Notes: generated by a model not told the origin, from the letters alone. Shown: positions 28,766-38,565, counted from the first letter of the stretch. The stretch is DNA of 64,000 bases from Candidatus Cybelea sp. (GCA_035542015.1 DATKMF010000136.1:89-64088), one strand, 5' to 3'. Program-made: numbers and translations.

Positions 28766-29401
28766 ATGGCACTCGATCTCCAGATCCTCGAACTCGCCTG
28801 TTCACGGCTCTGCCACGACCTGATCAGCCCGATCGGCGCGGTCGGAAACGGACTGGAGCTGATGGCAGAGGAGGGTGATGACGAACTGCTGGCCGATGCG
28901 CATCGCCTGGTCGAGAGCAGCGCCCGCCGCGCCTCGGCACTGCTCCAGCTCTACCGCTCGGCCTATGGCAATGCCGGCAACCAGGCCGCTTTCGGACTTG
29001 CCGAGGCGGCGCGCCTGGTTCGGGAATCGATTGATGGCGGGCGCATCGAGCTTCGGGCGGATCTGCCGGCGGATACCGCCTGGCCGCGCGGGTTTGGCAA
29101 GCTTGCGGTCAACGCCATGCTGACGGCGATGGAATGGCTGCCGCGCGGCGGCATTTTGTCACTCGCCGCCACCGTTTCCGGCGACCGCGGTGAGCTCAAG
29201 GTGGCGGTCGAGGGCCAGCAAGCCGCGTTTTCCGACGAAACGGCGCGCCTGATCAGGCTCGATCGTCAGGGGATCGAGCTCACCGCCCACAACATCCAAC
29301 CCTATCTGACCGGCCTGATCGCAGCCCATCACGGCTATCGGCTCGATGCGTCGCAACCCGCTGCCGGAACGGCGGTTTTGGCCGCGCGTCCGGCGGCCTG
29401 A
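28766..29401 (+). CDS. chpT: Histidine phosphotransferase ChpT
   Basis: CSRLCHDLISPIGA..NGLEL, LPRGG; near ctrA. Confidence 0.93.
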   Translation: MALDLQILELACSRLCHDLISPIGAVGNGLELMAEEGDDELLADAHRLVESSARRASALLQLYRSAYGNAGNQAAFGLAEAARLVRESIDGGRIELRADLPADTAWPRGFGKLAVNAMLTAMEWLPRGGILSLAATVSGDRGELKVAVEGQQAAFSDETARLIRLDRQGIELTAHNIQPYLTGLIAAHHGYRLDASQPAAGTAVLAARPAA

Positions 29402-29551
29402 AGGGGTCGTTTCGCCTAGAATTCTCTTAGGATTCCGGGCCGTCCGCTTCACCCTATATTAATGGTTTTCTGAAAGGCTGCGTCCCAATCCGGCCGTCTT
29501 CAGGGCCGGGCGGCAAGTCCGCGCGCATCTAAAGAAAACGGGGCGATAGCC

Positions 29552-32500
29552 ATGGACGATCTGCTTAAGGAATTCCTGACCGAGACCTCGGAGAACCTTG
29601 CCGTTCTCGACCTCGAGCTCGTCAAGCTCGAGCAGAACCCCAACGATATGGAGTTGCTGGGGAACATCTTCCGGCTGGTTCACACGGTCAAGGGCACCTG
29701 CGGGTTCCTCGGGCTGTCGCGCCTGGAATCAGTGGCGCATGCCGGCGAGAACGTGCTCGGCAAGGTGCGCGACGGCGAGATCGAGGTCGGTGCCGAAGCC
29801 GTCTCCCTCATCCTCGAATGCCTGGATCGGATCCGCACCGTGATGGCGGATCTGGAAGCGACCGGCTCCGAGCCCGCGGGTGACGACACCGACCTCATCA
29901 AGCGCCTCAACGCCTTCGCGGAGAGCGGCGGCGCCAGTGCCAGCGCTCCCAAGGCGGCGGCGCCCGTGGCCACTTCCGTGGCCGTTCAGGCTCCATCCTC
30001 TCCTGCGGCGGCCGAGCTGCCGGAGAGCACGGCCTCGATCTACGAGCAGGTCGGCGGCATGGGAACCATCGACGCCATCGTCGAGGTCCTGTTCAACCGC
30101 ATGACCGGCGATCTCCGCCTGAAGCAGGCTTTCGACGGCGCCAGTATCGATCACTTGCAGGGCCAGATGCGCGACTATCTCGCCAAGCTCTGCGGCGGTC
30201 CGGATTCGAGCGCCAAGTCGGTCTTGGGCGAGCGCGGCTTCAACGACGCGCAGTTCGATGCGGCCTGCGGTCACCTTCAGGCGGCGCTCAATCAGCTCGA
30301 GGTCTCCCCCAATCTCGCGGCCCGCGTGATGGGCATGATCTTCGCGACCCGCGACGAAGCGACCGCTGGTGCCGCCGCTGCGGCGCCGGCGGCGACCGAG
30401 GAGCCCGCGGTCGAAGCGGCGCATACGGCCGAACCGGCGCACGCCGAGGCGGCGCCGAAGCCCGCCAAGCCTGCGGCCAAGAAGGAAGGCGGCGAGGCCG
30501 AAACGAAGGAATCCGCCGTCGCCAACCAGACCATCCGGGTCAACGTCGAGTTGCTCGAGAACCTGATGACCATGGTCAGCGAGCTGGTGCTGACCCGCAA
30601 TCAGGTGCTGCAGATCCTGCGCAAGCAGAAGGACAGCGAGTTCGCGGCGCCGCTACAGCGACTGAACCACGTCACCTCCGAGCTGCAGGAAGGGGTGATG
30701 AAGACCCGCATGCAGCCGATCGGCAATGCCTGGGCCAAGCTGCCGCGCCTGGTTCGCGATCTCTCGCACGAATTGAAGAAGAAGATCGATCTCGTGATGA
30801 TCGGTCAGGAGACCGAGCTCGACCGCCAGGTCCTCGAGATGATCAAGGACCCGCTGACGCATATGGTGCGCAATTCCGGCGACCACGGGCTCGAGACGCC
30901 GGAGGAGCGGCGCCGCGCCGGCAAGCCGGAGACCGGCAAGATCACCTTGAACGCCTATCACGAGGGCGGCCACATCGTCATCGAGATCTCCGACGACGGC
31001 AAAGGCCTGCCGATGGAGAAGATCAAGACCAAGATCATCCAGAACGGGCTCGCCAGCGAGTCCGAGCTGGAGAACATGAGCGATCAGCAGATCCAGCAGT
31101 ATATCTGGAAGGCCGGCTTCTCGACCGCGACCAAGGTCACCAGCGTCTCCGGACGCGGCGTCGGCATGGACGTGGTGAAGACCAATATCGAGAAGATCGG
31201 CGGCACGGTCGAGCTGCGCTCGATCGAGGGCAAGGGCACGACCTTCTCGATCAAGATCCCGCTGACCCTCGCCATCGTCTCGGCGCTTATCGTCGAGTGT
31301 GCCGGCGAGCGCTTCGCCATCCCGCAGATCAGCGTCGTCGAGCTGGTGCGCGCCACGGCGAACGGCGAGCTGAGGGTTGAAAAGATCAAAGACACGCCGG
31401 TCCTTCGCCTCAGGAACAAGCTGCTGCCCCTGGTGTCATTGCGGGCCAAGCTGGAGCTCGACGAGGGCAAGGAGCTGAGCGACGACACGTTCATCGTCGT
31501 CACCCAGGTCGGCACCTACAATTTCGGCATCATGGTGGACCGGGTGTTCGACACCGAGGAAATCGTGGTGAAGCCGGTGGCGCCGATCCTGCGCCATATC
31601 TCAATGTTCTCCGGCAACACCATCCTCGGCGACGGTTCGGTGATCATGATCCTCGATCCCAACGGCATTGCCGAGGCTTCGGGCCAGATGGGCATCACCG
31701 ACGGCGAAGCAGCCGAGCACAGGGAGGGGAGGTTGCGCGGGAAGGGCGACGAGACGGTACCGCTGCTTCTCTTCCGCACCGGTTCCGGCGTGCCGATGGC
31801 CGTGCCGCTGGCGCTGGTAGCGCGCCTCGAGGAGCTCGAGCGCAAGACCATCGAGCGCTCCAACGAGCGCTGGGTCGTCCAGTATCGCGGCCAGCTGATG
31901 CCGCTCATCCCGATGAGCATGGAGCAGGACAGCGGTATGTCGAAGGAGGGCCGCCAGCCGGTGCTGGTGTTCTCCGACCGCGACCACACGATGGGCCTGA
32001 TGGTGGACGAGATCGTCGATATCGTCGAGGCGAAGCTCAACGTCGATCTGGCGGCCGAGCAGCCGGGCCGCATCGGCAGCGCCATCATCGCCGGCCAGGC
32101 GACCGAGATCGTCGATGCCGGCTACTACCTGAGCCAGGCCTTCAAGGATTGGTTCGGCTCGGTCCAGGAGGACGCGGTCGACACCGGCAAGAGCCGCCGC
32201 GTGCTGCTGGTGGACGACAGTGCCTTCTTCCGCAATCTGCTGGCTCCGCAGCTCACCGCCGCCGGCTTCCAGGTGATCGCGGTCGATGCCGCCGACAAGG
32301 CGCTGGCGCTGTGCGAGGCGGGCGACGAGTTCGACCTCATCATCAGCGACATCGAGATGCCGGGCATGAACGGGTTCGAGTTCTGCGAGACGGTGAAGAA
32401 GAACGCCCGCTGGCAGGCGACGCCGATCATCGCGTTGTCGTCGCGCGCCAGCCCCAAGGATATCGCGCGCGGCCGCCAGGTCGGCTTCGACGATTATGTG

Positions 32501-32572
32501 GCGAAATACGACCGTGACGGCCTGGTTCACACCATGAACGAAGCGCTTTCCGAGCTGAGAGGTGCCGCATGA
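29552..32572 (+). CDS. cheA: Hybrid chemotaxis kinase CheA (Hpt, globin-like insert, dimerisation, HATPase, 2x CheW, REC)
   Basis: FRLVHTVKG, IRVNV, HMVRNSGDHG, GFST..VSGRGVGMDVV, C-terminal DDS...DIEMP. Confidence 0.97.
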   Translation: MDDLLKEFLTETSENLAVLDLELVKLEQNPNDMELLGNIFRLVHTVKGTCGFLGLSRLESVAHAGENVLGKVRDGEIEVGAEAVSLILECLDRIRTVMADLEATGSEPAGDDTDLIKRLNAFAESGGASASAPKAAAPVATSVAVQAPSSPAAAELPESTASIYEQVGGMGTIDAIVEVLFNRMTGDLRLKQAFDGASIDHLQGQMRDYLAKLCGGPDSSAKSVLGERGFNDAQFDAACGHLQAALNQLEVSPNLAARVMGMIFATRDEATAGAAAAAPAATEEPAVEAAHTAEPAHAEAAPKPAKPAAKKEGGEAETKESAVANQTIRVNVELLENLMTMVSELVLTRNQVLQILRKQKDSEFAAPLQRLNHVTSELQEGVMKTRMQPIGNAWAKLPRLVRDLSHELKKKIDLVMIGQETELDRQVLEMIKDPLTHMVRNSGDHGLETPEERRRAGKPETGKITLNAYHEGGHIVIEISDDGKGLPMEKIKTKIIQNGLASESELENMSDQQIQQYIWKAGFSTATKVTSVSGRGVGMDVVKTNIEKIGGTVELRSIEGKGTTFSIKIPLTLAIVSALIVECAGERFAIPQISVVELVRATANGELRVEKIKDTPVLRLRNKLLPLVSLRAKLELDEGKELSDDTFIVVTQVGTYNFGIMVDRVFDTEEIVVKPVAPILRHISMFSGNTILGDGSVIMILDPNGIAEASGQMGITDGEAAEHREGRLRGKGDETVPLLLFRTGSGVPMAVPLALVARLEELERKTIERSNERWVVQYRGQLMPLIPMSMEQDSGMSKEGRQPVLVFSDRDHTMGLMVDEIVDIVEAKLNVDLAAEQPGRIGSAIIAGQATEIVDAGYYLSQAFKDWFGSVQEDAVDTGKSRRVLLVDDSAFFRNLLAPQLTAAGFQVIAVDAADKALALCEAGDEFDLIISDIEMPGMNGFEFCETVKKNARWQATPIIALSSRASPKDIARGRQVGFDDYVAKYDRDGLVHTMNEALSELRGAA

Positions 32573-33087
32573 GCAGGAGCAAGGACATGGAAACCGAGTT
32601 GACCGGCGCCCAGGCAAGCACGGGGGTCGCCAGCGCGGGGTCGGGCGAGCAGCGCGACTATGTCACCATGTCGATCGGCGGCCAGCTGTTCGGCATTCCG
32701 GTTCTCAAGGTGCAGGACGTACTGGGTCCCCAGACCATCACCCGCGTGCCGCTGGCACCGGTCGAGGTGGCTGGCTCGTTGAATCTGCGCGGCCGGATCG
32801 TCACCGCCGTCGATGTCCGTCTCCGCCTCGGTCTGCCCAAGCGCGACAGCGGCAAGCAGGCGATGTCGGTCGTGGTCGAGCACGAGGGCGAGCTTTACAG
32901 CCTGCTGGTCGATAGCGTCGGCGAGGTTCTGAGGCTGGAGAGCCGGGACTATCAGCGAAATCCACCTACCCTTAATCCGCGGTTGCGCGAGTTCTCGGAC
33001 GGGATATATCGTCTGAACGATTCCCTGCTGGTGGTTCTCAGCGTCTCTTCGCTGCTGAACTTCGGCAACCGGGCGGACGCCGCCTGA
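32569..33087 (+). CDS. cheW: Chemotaxis coupling protein CheW
   Basis: ITRVP....GSLNLRGRIV, LLVDSVGEV. Confidence 0.95.
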   Translation: MSRSKDMETELTGAQASTGVASAGSGEQRDYVTMSIGGQLFGIPVLKVQDVLGPQTITRVPLAPVEVAGSLNLRGRIVTAVDVRLRLGLPKRDSGKQAMSVVVEHEGELYSLLVDSVGEVLRLESRDYQRNPPTLNPRLREFSDGIYRLNDSLLVVLSVSSLLNFGNRADAA

Positions 33088-33183
33088 CCATAGGGGTGCT
33101 GCGGGCGCCGTGAGGCGCTTCCGCGGCAAGTGAGGGCCGCGGCGGGGATCAGCCGCGCCCGAACGGCAGACGGAGCTGCTGTC

Positions 33184-33549
33184 ATGAAGTCGTGCCTGAT
33201 CGTCGATGATTCCAAGGTCGTGCGCATGGTGGCCCGCAAGATCATCGAGGGCTTGAACTTCGCGATCGAGGAAGCCGACAACGGCCAGACCGCGATGGAC
33301 CAGTGCCTGAGGCGGATGCCGGATGCGATCCTGCTCGACTGGAACATGCCGGTGATGAGCGGGATCGACTTCCTGCGCAGTCTTCGTCAGATGCCTGGCG
33401 GGCAGACCCCGGTCGTCGTGTTCTGCACCACCGAGAACGACATCCAGCACATCCAGGAGGCGATCAGCGCGGGCGCCAACGAATACATCATGAAGCCCTT
33501 CGACAGCGAGATCATCGAGTCGAAGTTCAGCCAAGTCGGTTTGATTTAA
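33184..33549 (+). CDS. cheY: Chemotaxis response regulator CheY
   Basis: Single REC domain: DDS, LDWNMP, CTTE, YIMKPF. Confidence 0.93.
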   Translation: MKSCLIVDDSKVVRMVARKIIEGLNFAIEEADNGQTAMDQCLRRMPDAILLDWNMPVMSGIDFLRSLRQMPGGQTPVVVFCTTENDIQHIQEAISAGANEYIMKPFDSEIIESKFSQVGLI

Positions 33550-33573
33550 CGCACCAAAGAATCGGCAACAGGG

Positions 33574-34719
33574 ATGCGGCCAGAGACCAACACAGCAGTC
33601 TCCGCCGGTGGCGGACCATATCGGGTCATGGTCGTCGATGACTCGGCGGTGATTCGCGGGCTCCTTACCAAGACGCTCGAATCCGATGCCGAGATCAAGG
33701 TCTCGGCAACGGTCGCCAACGGCCAGGCGGCGATCGACACCCTGAAGCGGACCGACATCGACGTCGTCGTGCTCGATATCGAGATGCCGGTCATGGACGG
33801 GCTGACCGCGCTGCCGAAGCTGTTGGAGGCGAAGCCCGGCGTCCAGGTCATCATGGCCTCGACCCTCACCCTGAAAGGCGCCTCCGTCAGCATGAAGGCG
33901 CTCTCGTTGGGCGCCGCCGACTACCTCCCCAAGCCAACCACCACGACCGGACTCAGCAGTGCCTCCGATTTCAAGCGGGATTTGATCGAGAAGGTGAAGA
34001 GCTGGGGCGCGGTCGCGAGGAAGAAGCGCGGCCTGCCGCCGGGCAGCGCGGCGGCGGCGGGCAGCACTGCCCCCGCGGCACCGAAGAAGCTCTATCCCGG
34101 CGAGGTGAAGCTGCGCCCGGCCCCGGTCATCGCGGGCCGCATCGACTGCCTCGCGATCGGCTCCTCGACCGGTGGACCGCAGGCACTGTTCGCCGTGTTC
34201 CGCGCCTTGGGGCGGGTCGAGCGCATGCCGGTCTTCGTCACCCAGCACATGCCCGCCACCTTCACCACCATCCTCGCCGAGCATCTCGGCCAGGCCTCCG
34301 GCATGCCGGCCGCCGAGGCGAAGGATGGCGAGACCGTGGTCCCCGGCCGGATCTACGTGGCGCCAGGCGATTTCCATATGACGGTCGAGAGTCAGGGCAC
34401 CGGCATGGTGGTCCGGCTCAACAAGAATCCGCCGGAAAACTTCTGCCGGCCGGCGGTCGACCCGATGTTGCGCTCGATCGCCAAGGCCTATGGCGCGCGC
34501 ACGCTGTTTGTCATGCTGACCGGGATGGGGCAGGATGGGCTCAAAGGGGCGCGGGATATCGTCGCCGCGGGAAGCACCGTGATCGCTCAGGATGAAGCCA
34601 CCAGCGTCGTCTGGGGCATGCCGGGCGCGGTCGCTACGGCCGGGCTCTGCACCGCGGTGCTGCCGCTCCCCGAGATCGGTCCGCACGTGAAGAAGGCGCT
34701 CTTGAGGAGCGCCGCATGA
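33574..34719 (+). CDS. cheB: Chemotaxis methylesterase CheB
   Basis: REC domain plus GSSTGGP, QHMP, TGMGQDG, VVWGMP. Confidence 0.97.
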   Translation: MRPETNTAVSAGGGPYRVMVVDDSAVIRGLLTKTLESDAEIKVSATVANGQAAIDTLKRTDIDVVVLDIEMPVMDGLTALPKLLEAKPGVQVIMASTLTLKGASVSMKALSLGAADYLPKPTTTTGLSSASDFKRDLIEKVKSWGAVARKKRGLPPGSAAAAGSTAPAAPKKLYPGEVKLRPAPVIAGRIDCLAIGSSTGGPQALFAVFRALGRVERMPVFVTQHMPATFTTILAEHLGQASGMPAAEAKDGETVVPGRIYVAPGDFHMTVESQGTGMVVRLNKNPPENFCRPAVDPMLRSIAKAYGARTLFVMLTGMGQDGLKGARDIVAAGSTVIAQDEATSVVWGMPGAVATAGLCTAVLPLPEIGPHVKKALLRSAA

Positions 34720-35564
34720 CCGTCACCGATTTCGACTTCATCTGCCAGATCCTGAAGCAGCGCTCCGGCCTGGTGCTCGGCAACGATAAGGCTTATCTGC
34801 TGGAGAGCAGGCTCCTGCCGGTCGCGCGCAAGTATCGCCTCGCCTCGTTCGAGGACTTGGTGCGGCTCATCCGCAGCAAGAACGAGGAGGCGGTGATCAA
34901 AGACGTGGTCGAGGCGATGACCACGAACGAGTCCTTCTTCTTCCGCGACACCAAGCCGTTCGACCAGTTCAAGCAGATCGTGCTGCCGACCATGATGGCG
35001 GCGCGGCCCTCGAAGCAGATCCGCATCTGGAGTGCTGCCTGCTCGAGCGGACAGGAACCCTATTCGCTCGCCATGATCCTCTCCGAGATGGCGTCCCAGC
35101 TCGCCGGCTGGAAGATCGAGATCCTCGGCACCGATCTCTCGACCGAGATCCTCGACCGGGCCAAGGAGGGCGTCTATTCGCAGTTCGAGGCACAGCGCGG
35201 CCTGCCGATCACGCTGCTGGTGAAATATTTCACCCAAGTTGGCGATCGCTGGCAGATCAGCCAGAAGATCCGCAGCATGGTGCAGTACCGCGAGTTCAAT
35301 CTGCTCAACGACCCGCGCGCGCTCGGCAAGTTCGATGTCGTGTTCTGTCGCAACGTGCTCATCTATTTCGATCAGCCGATGAAGGGAAAGATCCTGAACG
35401 GCATCGCCGGCCTGATGCCGGATGACGGGTTCCTCTTCTTGGGCGGCGCCGAGACCGTGCTCGGCATCACCGACAAGTTCCAGCTGATGTCCGGCCAGCG
35501 CGGCGTCTACTGCCTGGCCCATGCCGCGGCAAAGCCCGCCGCATCCGTCCGCGCCAAGGCGTAA
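34716..35564 (+). CDS. cheR: Chemotaxis methyltransferase CheR
   Basis: TTNESFFFRD, WSAACSSGQEPYS, CRNVLIYF. Confidence 0.97.
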   Translation: MTVTDFDFICQILKQRSGLVLGNDKAYLLESRLLPVARKYRLASFEDLVRLIRSKNEEAVIKDVVEAMTTNESFFFRDTKPFDQFKQIVLPTMMAARPSKQIRIWSAACSSGQEPYSLAMILSEMASQLAGWKIEILGTDLSTEILDRAKEGVYSQFEAQRGLPITLLVKYFTQVGDRWQISQKIRSMVQYREFNLLNDPRALGKFDVVFCRNVLIYFDQPMKGKILNGIAGLMPDDGFLFLGGAETVLGITDKFQLMSGQRGVYCLAHAAAKPAASVRAKA

Positions 35565-35577
35565 GTCGCCCCATGAA

Positions 35578-35605
35578 CGCTATGCCCGGGCTTGACCCGG
35601 GCATA
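35578..35605. repeat. Solo palindromic REP-like repeat between cheR and ctrA
   Basis: TATGCCCGGG-CTTGA-CCCGGGCATA, same family as 24997-25025. Confidence 0.75.
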
Positions 35606-35650
35606 ACCAAACGTTCTCGGCGAAAGCTGTGCAGGCCTGATCTATCTCTA

Positions 35651-36364
35651 TCAGGCGCTCTCGGCGGCCTTGGCGGGCTGGCCGGCGGCTTCGGGATCGC
35701 GCAGCACGTAGCCGCGGCCCCAGACGGTCTCGATGTAGTTCTCGCCGCCGGTCGACTGCGAAAGCTTCTTGCGGAGCTTGCAGACGAAGACGTCGATTAT
35801 CTTCAGCTCCGGTTCGTCCATCCCGCCGTAGAGGTGGTTGAGGAACATCTCCTTGGTGAGTGTCGTGCCCTTGCGCAAGCTCAACAGTTCGAGGATCCCG
35901 TATTCCTTGCCGGTGAGGTGCAGCGGCTGGCCGTTAACCTCGACCGTCCGCGTATCGAGGTTGACCAGCAGCTTGCCGGTCTTGATGACCGAATCCGAAT
36001 GCCCCTTTGAGCGGCGCACGATGGCCTGGATGCGGGCGATCAGCTCGCGCCGGTCGAACGGCTTCGTCAGATAATCGTCGGCGCCGAAGCCGAGACCTTT
36101 GATCTTGCTGTCGAGCTCGGAGAGACCGGAGAGAATCAGGATCGGAGTGTTAACGCGCGAGCTTCTTAACCGGCGTAACACTTCGTAACCATCGATATCC
36201 GGCAACATCAAGTCGAGGAGGATGATGTCGTAATCGTAGAGCTTGCCGATCTCGAGACCGTCTTCCCCGAGATTGGTTGCGTCGACAATATAACCCTCCG
36301 CCTTCAGCATCAGTTCGATGCTCTTGGCGGTATTGGTATCGTCCTCAACCAAAAGCACGCGCAT
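35651..36364 (-). CDS. ctrA: Cell-cycle master regulator CtrA
   Basis: [57 protein letters not shown]. Confidence 0.98.
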   Translation of the reverse strand: MRVLLVEDDTNTAKSIELMLKAEGYIVDATNLGEDGLEIGKLYDYDIILLDLMLPDIDGYEVLRRLRSSRVNTPILILSGLSELDSKIKGLGFGADDYLTKPFDRRELIARIQAIVRRSKGHSDSVIKTGKLLVNLDTRTVEVNGQPLHLTGKEYGILELLSLRKGTTLTKEMFLNHLYGGMDEPELKIIDVFVCKLRKKLSQSTGGENYIETVWGRGYVLRDPEAAGQPAKAAESA

Positions 36365-36414
36365 GGCAGTTCCCTTTCGTCGAGCTATCCGCCACCGGTG
36401 GCACCCTGTGAATA

Positions 36415-36555
36415 TTAACCATTTGGGCGGCCAATTGTAAAGAAATTCGCTGGCCCGCACCCGGCGCCGTTCCGGTGGTCAGACTGCGTTCCTAATCCGC
36501 TGATCCGTAAACCTTAACGAGGACTGTCCCAGGCCTGAATTAACCGAGGGTTAAC
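36415..36555. promoter_or_regulatory. Divergent ctrA/fliI control region with CtrA sites
   Basis: TTAA-CCGAGGG-TTAAC at 36540-36555; half-site TTAACCAT at 36415-36422. Confidence 0.8.
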
Positions 36556-36610
36556 GGCGTTTGATTAGAGTGTGCGCGACGCAAAGTAGGGCGGGCGCCG
36601 CGAAACCCAC

Positions 36611-38029
36611 GTGATCAAGAGCTTGGAACCATTGCTGCGGGACCTAACCCGCGTGCCGGACGTGACGGTGTACGGCAAGGTCGTCGCCATCCTCGGCATG
36701 CTGGTCGAGATCGCCGGCCTCGATGACGTTCTCTCGATCGGCTCCCGCTGCGACCTCATGGACCGGAACGGCAACCGCGTCCCGAGCGAAATCGTCGGTT
36801 TCCGTGACGGCCGGGCCCTCGCCATGTCCTTCGGGTCGTTGGACGGGGTCGGGCTCGGCAGCCGCGCGATGCTGACCCATGATGAACCGGTGGTGCGGCC
36901 CAGCGCCGCCTGGCTCGGCCGGGTCGTGAACGCCTTGGGGCAGCCGATCGACGGCAAGGGACCGCTGCCCAATGGTTCCGTCGCCTGCCGGATCCGCAAT
37001 TCGCCGCCTCCGGCGCATCTCCGCAGCCGGGTCGGCGGCAAGATCGATCTCGGCGTGCGCTCGATCAACACCTTCACGACAGTTTGCCGCGGCCAGCGGC
37101 TCGGCATCTTCGCCGCCTCCGGCATCGGCAAGTCGGTGCTGCTCTCGATGATGGCGCGCTACACCTCGCTCGACGTCAACGTGATCGGCCTGGTCGGCGA
37201 GCGCGGGCGCGAGGTGCAAGAATTCATCGAGGACGAGCTCGGTCCCGAGGGCCTCGCGCGCAGCGTGGTGGTGATCGCGACCTCGGATGAATCGCCGTTG
37301 CTCCGGCGCCAGGCGGCGCAGCTGACCCTCGCCGTCGCCGAATACTTCCGCGACGAAGGCAGGCACGTCCTCTGCCTCATGGATTCGGTCACCCGCTTCG
37401 CCATGGCGCTGCGCGAGATCGGGCTCTCCGCCGGAGAGCCGCCCGCCAGCAAAGGCTACACGCCCTCGGTCTTCGCCGGCCTGCCGCGGCTCTTGGAGCG
37501 CGCCGGCCCGGGCGTCACCGGATCGGGCAGCATCACCGGTCTCTTCACCGTGCTCGTCGAGGGTGACGACCACGACGAGCCGATCGCCGATGCCTGCCGC
37601 GGCATCCTCGACGGCCATATCGTGCTCGAGCGCTCGATCGCCGAGCGCGGTCGCTATCCGGCGGTCAACGTGCTGCGTTCGCTCTCGCGCACCATGCCGA
37701 ACTGCAACACCGAGCCGCAGAACGACATGATCCGCATCGCGCGGCAGAACATGTCGGTCTACGACGACATGGCGGAGTTGATCCGGCTCGGCGCCTATCG
37801 CCGAGGCACCGATGCCGCGGTCGACCGCGCGGTCGAGCTCCGCGCCGATCTCGAGCGCTTCCTCTCGCAGCAGAAGAACGAGCGCTCCGATCTCGAGACC
37901 GGCTATCGCGAGCTGGCGGCGATCCTCGGCCTCACCTATGAGCCGGCGGACGGGAAGGCCCAGGGGACGACCCAGGGGACGACCCGGGGGACGACCCAGG
38001 GGACGACCCAAGGGAAGGTTGGGGCATGA
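36611..38029 (+). CDS. fliI: Flagellar export ATPase FliI
   Basis: GIFAASGIGKS, GERGREV, MDSVTRFA, LLERAG, GILDGHI. Confidence 0.97.
   Translation: MIKSLEPLLRDLTRVPDVTVYGKVVAILGMLVEIAGLDDVLSIGSRCDLMDRNGNRVPSEIVGFRDGRALAMSFGSLDGVGLGSRAMLTHDEPVVRPSAAWLGRVVNALGQPIDGKGPLPNGSVACRIRNSPPPAHLRSRVGGKIDLGVRSINTFTTVCRGQRLGIFAASGIGKSVLLSMMARYTSLDVNVIGLVGERGREVQEFIEDELGPEGLARSVVVIATSDESPLLRRQAAQLTLAVAEYFRDEGRHVLCLMDSVTRFAMALREIGLSAGEPPASKGYTPSVFAGLPRLLERAGPGVTGSGSITGLFTVLVEGDDHDEPIADACRGILDGHIVLERSIAERGRYPAVNVLRSLSRTMPNCNTEPQNDMIRIARQNMSVYDDMAELIRLGAYRRGTDAAVDRAVELRADLERFLSQQKNERSDLETGYRELAAILGLTYEPADGKAQGTTQGTTRGTTQGTTQGKVGA
37959..38013 (+). repeat. 12-bp tandem repeat (about 4.5 units) in the 3' end of fliI
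   Basis: CCCAGGGGACGA units encoding GTTQ/GTTR. Confidence 0.9.
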
Positions 38030-38451
38030 GTGGGCTCGACCAGATGCTGCGCCTGCAGCGTTGGGCGCTCGACGAGAAGCGCCGCCAGGCGACCGACCTC
38101 GAGGCGCTGATCGAGCGGCTGCACGGCGACGTGAAGCGGCTCGCGGACGAGGTGGTGCGCGAGGTCGAGGTCGCGCGCAACGACGTCGAGCTTGCGCGTG
38201 CGCTACCCGATTACAAGCGCATGATGGCGGAGCGACGGCAGCGGATCGAGAAGTCGATCGCCGATCTCTCGGTCGAGCTCGACAAGCTGCGCGAGCAGAT
38301 CATGGAAGCGTTCGGGGAATTGAAGAAGACCGAGCAGACCATCCAGAACCGGCTGCAGCGCCAGCGCGTCGCACAGCGTCGGCGCGAGCAGATCCGGGCC
38401 GACGAGGTCGGGCTCAACAGCCACCGCCGCAAGAAGGACCAGCAGCTCTAG
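38026..38451 (+). CDS. fliJ: Flagellar export chaperone FliJ
   Basis: 141-aa coiled coil, W.LDEKRR, EAF.ELKK, DEVGL; ATGA overlap with fliI. Confidence 0.85.
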   Translation: MSGLDQMLRLQRWALDEKRRQATDLEALIERLHGDVKRLADEVVREVEVARNDVELARALPDYKRMMAERRQRIEKSIADLSVELDKLREQIMEAFGELKKTEQTIQNRLQRQRVAQRRREQIRADEVGLNSHRRKKDQQL

Positions 38452-38540
38452 CGGGTGTCGCTCCTTCGCCGCCTCGGATCGACGGATCGTTCCGATTGGT
38501 CGTTCCGATTAGCACGGCCAAATTCGCCCCATCCTGCCGT

Positions 38541-38565
38541 GGAACCCACCCGGGCAGCAGGCCTT
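38541..38565 (+). promoter_or_regulatory. Possible general-stress (EcfG/SigT-type) promoter
   Basis: GGAAC-N16-CCTT, one mismatch to GGAAC-N16-CGTT. Confidence 0.4.

Noticed and set aside
29416-29473. Possible CtrA boxes upstream of cheA
   Set aside because: Only degenerate matches (CTAG-N7-TTAG; TTAA-N7-CTGA); too weak to call.
37959-38013. Possible CRISPR-like array
   Set aside because: Contiguous 12-bp units without spacers, inside a CDS; no cas genes in the window.
28766-38451. Linkage of chpT-che operon-ctrA-fliIJ as a novelty
   Set aside because: As far as I recall this is a common arrangement in Rhodospirillales.
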